Positions 1 through 6,949 of a DNA stretch of 49,845 bases are shown one piece after another. The DNA is taken from NCBI GenBank assembly GCA_041649115.1, contig JBAZNT010000011.1:1-49845 (forward strand), read 5' to 3'. The stretch's first letter is position 1. Each line of letters opens with the position of its first letter. Source of the DNA: Candidatus Omnitrophota bacterium (lineage in GTDB: Bacteria; Omnitrophota; Gorgyraeia; Gygaellales; Profunditerraquicolaceae). A program made the position numbers and the translations under genes. Under the pieces are notes generated by a model. It was not told the DNA's origin and ran no database searches. It worked only from the letters and a program-made list of their open reading frames with translations.

Positions 1-993
1 GAGGGGGCCCTGGGCGTAATCGCCGCAGTAGGGCTGGGCGAAGAGGACGGGGACATAACGCGCGATTATGAGGAGCGCTCGCGCCGGTCCTTTACCAATA
101 TTATCCGGCTTACCCGGCAGGCGACCAGCAAGCCCTTTGGCGTCAATATCATGTGCGCCCTTACCAACTATGACGACCTGGTGGATGCTGCGCAGGAGGA
201 ATCGGTAGACGTTATTATTTCCGGAGCCGGCCTGCCATTAAAGCTGCCTTCCCTGGTCAATAGCAGGGCTACTAAGTTGGTGCCGATTGTTTCTTCGGCG
301 CGCGCAGCTCATATTATCTGTAGCGTTTGGAAGAGGAGATACAATCGCCTCCCGGATGCCATGGTGGTGGAAGGGCCTTTGGCCGGAGGGCACCTTGGTT
401 ATAGCCGCCAGGAGCTTCTGGACCCGGAGCATATTTACCTGGACAATATCTTAAGAGAGGTTTTGTCGGTGGCGCGCGGGTTTGATAAGAACATGCCGGT
501 AATTGCCGCCGGGGGCATTTTTGACGGCGAGGATATTGCGCGGGTTATCCGTTTGGGCGCCAGCGCGGTGCAGATGGGCACGCGTTTTGTCTGCACCCAC
601 GAATGCGACGTCTCGCTCAAATACAAAGAAGCCTACATAGAGGCCAGGCAAGAGGATATCGTGATTATCCAGAGCCCGGTGGGGATGCCCGGCAGGGTTA
701 TCAGCAATGATTTTGTCAAAAAGATATTAGAGGGGGAGCGCGTTGATTTTGGATGCGCCTACAAGTGTTTATCCACCTGCAACCCCGAAAAAGTAAAATA
801 TTGCATTGCCAAGGCCCTGATCAATGCCTCCAGAGGAGATCTGGACAGAGGGTTTGCAATGTGCGGAAGCAACGCCTACCGCATTAAAAAAATCATTTCA
901 GTCAAACGGTTAATCGCCGAGTTGGTAGAAGGCGCGCGCGCTGCCTTAGAAAAATTAGCCGTAACCCAAGAGGGACAAACATCAAAAAAGTAA
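1..993 (+). CDS. Nitronate monooxygenase / FabK-like FMN-dependent oxidoreductase, 5'-truncated by the window edge
   Basis: Frame is open from base 1 (EGALGVIAAVG...KPFGVNIM). Motifs IISGAGLP, VVEGPLAGGHLG, PVIAAGGI, VQMGTRF and SPVGMPGR are typical of the NMO/FabK family. Confidence 0.85.
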   Translation, partial: EGALGVIAAVGLGEEDGDITRDYEERSRRSFTNIIRLTRQATSKPFGVNIMCALTNYDDLVDAAQEESVDVIISGAGLPLKLPSLVNSRATKLVPIVSSARAAHIICSVWKRRYNRLPDAMVVEGPLAGGHLGYSRQELLDPEHIYLDNILREVLSVARGFDKNMPVIAAGGIFDGEDIARVIRLGASAVQMGTRFVCTHECDVSLKYKEAYIEARQEDIVIIQSPVGMPGRVISNDFVKKILEGERVDFGCAYKCLSTCNPEKVKYCIAKALINASRGDLDRGFAMCGSNAYRIKKIISVKRLIAELVEGARAALEKLAVTQEGQTSKK

Positions 994-1130
994 AGACTTC
1001 AGGAAAAGGCAGGAAGTGTAAGTTTCCGCATTGCGGCCATACCTTAAGCATCTATAATCATGAGGCCTATTGCCATATTCATATGGGGGTTACGGATAAA
1101 ACGAGAAAGTCTAAGAAAGGAAAGCCCTGA
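981..1130 (+). CDS. Hidden 49-codon basic Zn-finger-like microprotein (C-x4-C-x12-C-x2-H) with an ATC codon at the start position
   Basis: Not in the ORF track. Reads (I/M)KKVKTSGKGRKCKFPHCGHTLSIYNHEAYCHIHMGVTDKTRKSKKGKP*. GAGGG lies 6 nt before ATC at 981, and the TGA at 1128-1130 overlaps the helicase ATG (TGATG). Confidence 0.7.
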   Translation: MKKVKTSGKGRKCKFPHCGHTLSIYNHEAYCHIHMGVTDKTRKSKKGKP

Positions 1131-2383
1131 TGGTGCCTCGAACAGGCGGAACGGACAATATCAATAGTGCGTCGAAGCAGCCGGAGTTCGGCTTTTACGG
1201 GCTGGGCATTGCCCCCAGGATCCTTGATACCCTGGCGCGCATAAAGTTTAGAACCCCCACGCCCATTCAGTTCAAGGCTATCCCCTTAGCAATCCAAGGC
1301 AAGGATATTATCGGGATCGCCCAGACCGGGACCGGCAAGACCCACGCCTTTGCCATCCCGATGGTGCAGCGGCTGGCACAGAAGAAGGGGGTGGGGTTGG
1401 TCCTGGCGCCCACCCGGGAGTTAGCGCTGCAGATTAATGAGTCTTTCCAGGAAATAGTCCGTCCCTTTGGAATGAAGACCGCCTGTCTCATCGGCGGCGC
1501 CCCGATGCAGTATCAGGTGCAGGCATTGCGTAAGAATCCCCAGGTGGTGATTGCTACCCCGGGCAGGCTGCTTGACCATATGGGGCAGTGGAATTTCTTG
1601 CCGGACGATGTATCAGTGCTGGTGCTGGATGAGGCAGACCGCATGCTGGACATGGGATTCGCTCCGCAGATAGATAAGATTTTGCGTTTCCTTCCCAGAG
1701 AGAGGCAGACCATGCTATTTTCGGCTACCATCCCCAAAGAGATTATGGAGATGGCAGCCAGGCAGATGAAACTTCCGGTATCGGTAGAAATTGCTCCCTC
1801 CGGCACTACCGCGGAGCGCGTCACGCAGGAACTGTTCATTGTAAAAAAAGAAGCCAAGCGTCAGCTTCTCAGCAAGTTGCTGGCGCAGTACCGGGGCGCA
1901 GTGCTTTTGTTTTCCCGCACGAAATATAACGCCAGAAAGATCACGCGCTGCATCCGCGATATGGGTTACAGCGCTGCGGAGATACACTCCGACCGCTCCC
2001 TGAGCCAGCGCCGGGAGGCGCTGGAGGGTTTTAAATCAGGGAAATATAAGGTGCTGGTGGCTACCGATATTGCCTCGCGGGGAATCGATGTCGCCGGTAT
2101 CGAACTGGTGGTTAATTATGACCTCCCTGAAGACGCCCAGAACTATGTGCACCGTATCGGGCGTACGGCAAGGGCGGGATCCTGCGGGCATGCAATTTCC
2201 TTCGCCACGCCTGAGCAGCGCGGAGATGTCAGGGATATCGAAAGGATTATCAGGTCTACGCTACCCTTAGCAAAACACCCCGAGATTGCCTCGGAAAGAT
2301 TTATTGATTCCGGGCGTGAATCCCCTCGAGTGAATCCAAGGCACCATCAAGGGCAAGAGCGGCATAGGTTTCGCCGCTATTGA
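1130..2383 (+). CDS. DEAD-box RNA helicase (RhlE-like)
   Basis: Q motif (TPTPIQ), AQTGTGKT, PTRELA, TPGR, DEAD, SAT and HRIGRTAR are all present, with a short basic C-tail. Confidence 0.95.
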   Translation: MVPRTGGTDNINSASKQPEFGFYGLGIAPRILDTLARIKFRTPTPIQFKAIPLAIQGKDIIGIAQTGTGKTHAFAIPMVQRLAQKKGVGLVLAPTRELALQINESFQEIVRPFGMKTACLIGGAPMQYQVQALRKNPQVVIATPGRLLDHMGQWNFLPDDVSVLVLDEADRMLDMGFAPQIDKILRFLPRERQTMLFSATIPKEIMEMAARQMKLPVSVEIAPSGTTAERVTQELFIVKKEAKRQLLSKLLAQYRGAVLLFSRTKYNARKITRCIRDMGYSAAEIHSDRSLSQRREALEGFKSGKYKVLVATDIASRGIDVAGIELVVNYDLPEDAQNYVHRIGRTARAGSCGHAISFATPEQRGDVRDIERIIRSTLPLAKHPEIASERFIDSGRESPRVNPRHHQGQERHRFRRY

Positions 2384-2536
2384 GCTTTGGCCAAGCCGGC
2401 CTACCTCCGCTGCAAAACCATCTTAATTTAGATTTTTTGTTCGGCAGGAGAAAATATATTCCGTAGCTTACCTTTCAAGGTCTCTTAGCCTTAAGCCGTT
2501 GAGGCAGGGATTGCGGGTAGAATTTCCTCTTTGAAT

Positions 2537-3235
2537 TTATTTGCTGCGGCAGCAGCGAAACGCATGCGAATCGCTCGCGGCACCGGCGTAGCCAACGGAA
2601 CCGCAGGAAGAGTAGCCCCGGACGAGCGCGAGGGTCGCCGGAGCGTAGGCGCTGCCGGAGTCCCAAGAATCGACCCATTCATAGTTTCCGGTCATACCGC
2701 TTGCCTTGTCGTAAACACAGGCATTATACCACTCCGAGGAAGTGCACAGGCGCGCATTGTATGGATCTGCGCAGTAATCGGAAGCCGCATACCAGGTCTT
2801 AGCAGAGTTTTCATTTGTCTGGATACAGTAGCCGTATCCGGTATCCGTGAAGCCATCAGGGCAAGAGCCTTCTGCTATCGTCTGCCATCCGTCAGTCGCG
2901 CCTTTATATACATACAACTGGCTGTCCGAATCATAATAAACCACCTCTCCTTCCACATTATCAGAATCCGGAAGAGAAGTCTGCGGCTTATAGATTACGC
3001 CCCTGGCGACGTACAATTGGCCGTTTGCCGAGGGTTGATCCGGGCTGTCCAATGTTCCGCTTCCGTCCGTATCCCCCACCGCCATCTTGTTGGTCTGCAG
3101 TTCATTATAAACGCCGTGAGGGGCCGGATAGTAAGTAGTAATGGTAAGGCTTTCTTCGGCCGCAAGAAAAGAACGGGGGGCAATGAGAAAGTTTAGAAAG
3201 AGAGGGAGTAGTAATGATATCTTTGGTTTAAACAA
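2537..3235 (-). CDS. Secreted protein with N-terminal ITTYYPAP module and C-terminal C-type lectin (CLec/FGE-like) domain; candidate DGR target
   Basis: AAGGAGG lies 6 nt before TTG at 3235 (the track start at 3241 abuts the SD). It has a signal peptide, then CPDGF...YCI...TWYAASDYC...ARLCTSSEW..AC...EWV...RG...FRCC. Confidence 0.7.
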   Translation of the reverse strand: MFKPKISLLLPLFLNFLIAPRSFLAAEESLTITTYYPAPHGVYNELQTNKMAVGDTDGSGTLDSPDQPSANGQLYVARGVIYKPQTSLPDSDNVEGEVVYYDSDSQLYVYKGATDGWQTIAEGSCPDGFTDTGYGYCIQTNENSAKTWYAASDYCADPYNARLCTSSEWYNACVYDKASGMTGNYEWVDSWDSGSAYAPATLALVRGYSSCGSVGYAGAASDSHAFRCCRSK

Positions 3236-3431
3236 TAGCAACCTCCTTGTTTTTTGGTTATATTAAGTATATAACAGAATTTCTTAAAAATAAAGAATCT
3301 TTGTTTTTTGTTGTCCCTGCCGCCAGGCCTTTCCTTGAAAGATTCAGATTGTGATAGCCATTTTTTTACCTTATAATAATACAGGATAAGGGTTTTTTAT
3401 CAGATTGCCCGATAAAAGAAAGGAGGACCAA

Positions 3432-3776
3432 ATGGCATATTTTCTGGTGAGATGGGGGATTAGCGCAGTGTCGATTTTTATCGTTGCGCACATCGTAAAA
3501 GGCATAGAGGTTGCCAATATCGCGACCGTGCTGGTCTTTGCGTTGGTGCTGGGGATCATCAATGCCTTCCTGAGGCCCTTGATCATCCTGATTACCCTGC
3601 CTATCAATATCCTCACCCTGGGGGTACTTACCTTTTTTATAAACGGCGCCCTTTTTTACCTGGCATCCAGGATTGTCAAAGGCTTTGTGATTACCGGTTT
3701 CTGGCCGGCATTCTGGGGATGCATACTTTTCAGTATCATCAGTTTCTTATTGAGCCTGATGGTGGTCTCTGCTTAA
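3432..3776 (+). CDS. YvlD-like (phage holin family 4) membrane protein
   Basis: AGGAGG SD before ATG 3432. Four hydrophobic segments with the NAFLRPL..LITLPINILTLG...FING signature. Confidence 0.85.
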   Translation: MAYFLVRWGISAVSIFIVAHIVKGIEVANIATVLVFALVLGIINAFLRPLIILITLPINILTLGVLTFFINGALFYLASRIVKGFVITGFWPAFWGCILFSIISFLLSLMVVSA

Positions 3777-3824
3777 GAAGAGACTGCAGGGGGATGCATC
3801 GTAGTAACGGCGGCGTGCCCACAA

Positions 3825-4673
3825 ATGGACTCTAACACCAGCGCAATAGTTAAGATCGCGGGGCTTTTGAAGGATTGCAGGAGCATCCTTTTTATCACCG
3901 GCGCAGGTATCTCCGCAGATTCCGGTTTGCCGACCTACCGCGGCGTCGGGGGCCTGTATAACGGCAAGGCAACGGAAGACGGCATACCCGTGGAAGCGGC
4001 CCTGGCAGGAGAGACCTTAAGGACGCATCCGGAGATAACCTGGAAATACCTCCTTCAGATAGAGGGGAACTGCCGCAAGGCCAGATTCAACCGCGGCCAT
4101 GAGGTGATTGCCGAGATGGAGAGGCATTTCCAGCGCGTATGGGTATTGACGCAGAATATTGACGGTTTCCATCGCGCTGCGGGATCCCGTAACGTCATCG
4201 ACATCCACGGTGATATGCATTCGCTGATGTGCCCCTCATGCGGCTGGCGGGATAGTCTGAAAGATTACGCAGGCCTGGATATCCCGCCGCGCTGTCCGCG
4301 GTGCCGGGAGATCGTAAGGCCGGAGGTCGTATTTTTCGGCGAGATGCTTCCCGAGGATAAGCTAAGTAGCTTGATGCGTCAGCTGCGCGAAGGCTTCGAC
4401 ATCTATTTTTCCATAGGCACCAGCAGCGTCTTTGCGTATATAAGCCAGCCGATAATTGCGGCAGCACACCTCGGCAGGCCGACAGTTGAGATTAACCCCG
4501 GCTCAAGCGATGTATCGGATATCGTAAGTATTAAATTATCGATGGGCGCGGCAGAGGCGCTGGATTTAATCTGGAAGGAATATAATAAGGAAGGTAGCCC
4601 CATAAAGGGGCAAAGGAGGAGGCAATGGAGAGCAAGGCCATCGGGGTTGCAAGCGCGATTCTCTGGGGCATAG
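3825..4673 (+). CDS. cobB: NAD-dependent protein deacylase (sirtuin, CobB-like)
   Basis: GAGISADSGLPTYRG, TQNIDGFH, HG, Zn ribbon CPSC/CPRC, RPEVVFFGE and IGTS motifs. About 30 extra C-terminal residues overlap the next ORF. Confidence 0.9.
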   Translation: MDSNTSAIVKIAGLLKDCRSILFITGAGISADSGLPTYRGVGGLYNGKATEDGIPVEAALAGETLRTHPEITWKYLLQIEGNCRKARFNRGHEVIAEMERHFQRVWVLTQNIDGFHRAAGSRNVIDIHGDMHSLMCPSCGWRDSLKDYAGLDIPPRCPRCREIVRPEVVFFGEMLPEDKLSSLMRQLREGFDIYFSIGTSSVFAYISQPIIAAAHLGRPTVEINPGSSDVSDIVSIKLSMGAAEALDLIWKEYNKEGSPIKGQRRRQWRARPSGLQARFSGA

Positions 4674-4813
4674 GCATACTGCTTCTTCTGGCTGCGGCTT
4701 TTGACGTCTTGCCTATTTCGGATAATGAGGCGATATTCCTGGCAATAGCATGTTTCATCATCATGGTGGTGGTTAAAAGGATAGGCAAGACAGGAAGCGG
4801 CTGCTGTAAATAA
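4625..4813 (+). CDS. Small two-TM membrane protein ending GSGCCK
   Basis: Strong SD (AAGGAGGAGG) before ATG 4625 and two hydrophobic helices in 62 aa. Confidence 0.7.
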   Translation: MESKAIGVASAILWGIGILLLLAAAFDVLPISDNEAIFLAIACFIIMVVVKRIGKTGSGCCK

Positions 4814-4855
4814 AGGTTACCAGCCGCGAGGTTTATTTACTTGTAGTAGTGTAGA

Positions 4856-4884
4856 TACGCAGGGAAGCGTAAGACGATGGCGTT
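4856..4884 (+). promoter_or_regulatory. Dual hexaloop hairpins (ANTAR-like antitermination motif) in the amtB leader
   Basis: TACGC-AGGGAA-GCGTA (loop A1/G4) is followed by GAC-GATGGC-GTT, which overlaps the 5' arm of the terminator at 4877. Confidence 0.45.
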
Positions 4885-4909
4885 CCTTTTATACGGAACG
4901 CCATTTTTT
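4877..4909 (+). terminator. Intrinsic terminator 1 upstream of amtB
   Basis: Perfect 10-bp stem ATGGCGTTCC/GGAACGCCAT followed by a T-tract. Confidence 0.8.
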
Positions 4910-4920
4910 ATTATAGGACG

Positions 4921-4970
4921 CAGGCGTCTTTTTGAAGCCGGCTGAAGGCTTTTAAGAGGCGCCTGTTTTT
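4921..4970 (+). terminator. Intrinsic terminator 2 upstream of amtB
   Basis: Long stem CAGGCGTCTT..GAAGCC / GGCTTT..AAGAGGCGCCTG followed by TTTTT. Confidence 0.75.
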
Positions 4971-5008
4971 ATTTATAAATAACATAGAAAGGAAGGAGAG
5001 AGACGCAT

Positions 5009-6367
5009 ATGCTTAAGACCATCGTTCTTTTAATAACAGCGTTTTTGGGGATAAGTTCCCTATGCTTTGCCCAGGATCCCGGCGGAGCCGCCACCCTGGC
5101 TGCCAATCCTCAGGCGCCGGTAGATTACGTCTGGGTCCTGATATGCGGGTTTCTGGTATTCTTCATGCAGGCGGGGTTTGCCATGGTTGAGGCAGGGTTC
5201 TGCCGCGCCAAGAACGCCACCAACCTGATGGCCAAAAACACCATTGATTTCGTGGTTGCTTCCTTGGTTTTTATGGCTTTCGGGTTCGCGTTTATGATGG
5301 GTGATGACCTCGGCGGCCTGATAGGGACTACGGGATGGTTTTTGCACGGCTCAAATTATGACGTGGGAAGGTACCTGGTGTTTTTCTGGCAGCTGGTATT
5401 CGCAGGCACAGCCGCTACCATTGTTTCCGGAGCGGTCGCAGAGCGCCTGAAGTTCAAGGCATATTTTCTTTATAGCCTCGCTGTTACGGCTATAATATAT
5501 CCTATCTACGGCCACTGGGTCTGGGGAGGCGGATGGCTTTCAAAACTGCCTTTTGGCTTGGGGCATATTGATTTTGCCGGCTCAGGGGTAGTCCATACCG
5601 TAGGAGGCATTGTCGGGTTGGCAGGGGCAATCGTCCTGGGGCCGCGTTTTTCGAAATTCTCCAGAGACGGCAAGCCCAAGGCCATTCCGGGGCACAGCAT
5701 TACCCTGGCCGCCTTAGGTACCTTTATCCTCTGGTTCGGGTGGTTTGGTTTTAATCCCGGCTCAACGTTTTCCGCCCACCAGCTAAGGATAGCGGTGATA
5801 GCGGTAAATACCAACCTTGCGGCTGCCGCAGGAGCAGCAACAGCGATACTTCTGGTTTTTGCCAAGACCAAGAAGTGGGACGTAGGCATGATGCTTAACG
5901 GCTGCCTGGCAGGGCTTGTTGTGATAACCGCTCCCTGCGCCTGGGTTGAGGCCTGGGCCGCGGTTGTTATCGGTACCGTAGCAGGCGCCCTGGTTGTTTT
6001 AGGAGTTTATTTCTGGGAGGCGCGCGGCATTGACGACCCGGTGGGCGCGGTAAGCGTACACGGCATAAACGGAGTCTGGGGCCTCTTGAGCGTCGGGATA
6101 TTTGCCGACGGCACCTACGGCCTGGGGACAACCGAAGGCCCGCTGGTGAGGGGCCTATTATACGGCGGAGGCTTCGGCCAGTTAATAGCGCAGGCCATCG
6201 GTGCGGCAGTGTGCGTCACCTGGGCATTTGCGCTTGGGTTTGCGGTGTTCAAACTGATGGATAAATATTTCGGAATCAGGGTTTCTCCGGATGAGGAGCT
6301 CAAAGGCCTGGATATACCGGAGCACGGGACGCCTGCTTATCCGAATTTTTACACCTACAACAATTAA
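5009..6367 (+). CDS. amtB: Ammonium transporter
   Basis: FFMQAGFAMVE, DFAGSGVVH, WFGWFGFNPGS and DDPVGAVSVHG motifs; both pore histidines are present. Confidence 0.97.
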   Translation: MLKTIVLLITAFLGISSLCFAQDPGGAATLAANPQAPVDYVWVLICGFLVFFMQAGFAMVEAGFCRAKNATNLMAKNTIDFVVASLVFMAFGFAFMMGDDLGGLIGTTGWFLHGSNYDVGRYLVFFWQLVFAGTAATIVSGAVAERLKFKAYFLYSLAVTAIIYPIYGHWVWGGGWLSKLPFGLGHIDFAGSGVVHTVGGIVGLAGAIVLGPRFSKFSRDGKPKAIPGHSITLAALGTFILWFGWFGFNPGSTFSAHQLRIAVIAVNTNLAAAAGAATAILLVFAKTKKWDVGMMLNGCLAGLVVITAPCAWVEAWAAVVIGTVAGALVVLGVYFWEARGIDDPVGAVSVHGINGVWGLLSVGIFADGTYGLGTTEGPLVRGLLYGGGFGQLIAQAIGAAVCVTWAFALGFAVFKLMDKYFGIRVSPDEELKGLDIPEHGTPAYPNFYTYNN

Positions 6368-6386
6368 GCACTCGTTTACACTTGAA

Positions 6387-6427
6387 GGCTTGGCGCTTGC
6401 GCGGCAGTGAAGCGTAAGCGCCGAGTC
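6387..6427 (+). other. 16-bp intercistronic hairpin between amtB and glnK
   Basis: GGCTTGGCGCTTGCGC pairs with GCGTAAGCGCCGAGTC (including G-U pairs), 9-nt loop, no T-tract. Confidence 0.7.
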
Positions 6428-6442
6428 AAAAGGAGGACATAC

Positions 6443-6781
6443 ATGAAAAAGATAGAAGCGGTATTAAGGGTAGAGAAACTGGAAGAGGTAAGCGATGCCC
6501 TGGAGAAATTCGGCTATCCCGGGATGATGATAACGCATATCGAGGGCCACGGCCGGCAGAAGGGTTTAACCGAGCAATTCCGCGGGAGGGAATATAAGGT
6601 GAGTTTTCTTCCCAAGATAAAGGTGGAGATTATCGTAAAGGACGCTGACGCGGATAAGGTCGTCAATTGCATTGCCGCTACCGCCAAAACCGGCGAGATA
6701 GGAGACGGAAAGATATTTGTTTATTCGGTTGAGGAGGTTATGCGGATACGCACTGGCGAGAAGGGTGAGGGCGCCGTTTAG
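6443..6781 (+). CDS. glnK: PII nitrogen regulatory protein
   Basis: AGGAGG SD before ATG 6443 gives the canonical 112 aa. GHGRQKG, T-loop Y51, LPK and TGEIGDGKIF are present. Confidence 0.95.
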   Translation: MKKIEAVLRVEKLEEVSDALEKFGYPGMMITHIEGHGRQKGLTEQFRGREYKVSFLPKIKVEIIVKDADADKVVNCIAATAKTGEIGDGKIFVYSVEEVMRIRTGEKGEGAV

Positions 6782-6809
6782 AGGAGGGTTATTTAGGTAC
6801 TAAGAGGCA

Positions 6810-6837
6810 TTGACAAACCCCCAATAGGTGATATACT
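6810..6837 (+). promoter_or_regulatory. Sigma70-type promoter
   Basis: TTGACA-16 nt-TATACT with an extended -10 TG. Confidence 0.7.
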
Positions 6838-6896
6838 ATACCTGAATTGAGATTCGTCCTGTGTTTGAAGGGGGAGAACCTGGACGCTAAAAAAGT

Positions 6897-6932
6897 AAAA
6901 CCTTCGCTTAACAGGGCGAGGGTTTTTTGTTT
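6897..6932 (+). terminator. Intrinsic terminator in the leader of the radical SAM gene
   Basis: AAAACCTTCGCTT-AACA-GGGCGAGGGTTTT followed by TTGTTT, between the promoter and the start codon. Confidence 0.75.
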
Positions 6933-6949
6933 ATAACCAGGCCGAGAAG

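Noticed and set aside
2461-2536. Possible DGR target hairpin or cruciform downstream of the lectin gene
   Set aside because: Only short or imperfect stems (ACCT-TGAA-AGGT; GCCTCAA/TTAAGGC) are present, so this is not counted as support for the DGR hypothesis.
2531-3196. 221-aa + strand ORF opposite the lectin gene
   Set aside because: Antisense shadow with no SD or recognisable motifs; the minus-strand ORF has an SD, a signal peptide and a fold signature.
4623-4628. TGG at 4626-4628 as a mutated TGA stop of the sirtuin (ATGA overlap)
   Set aside because: Plausible by analogy with position 983, but it would still leave about 14 extra residues and there is no independent support.
4880-4903. 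CGTTC...GGAACG resembling the ends of the glutamine (glnA) riboswitch
   Set aside because: The arms enclose only an 8-nt loop, leaving no room for the three-way junction; a plain terminator stem explains it.
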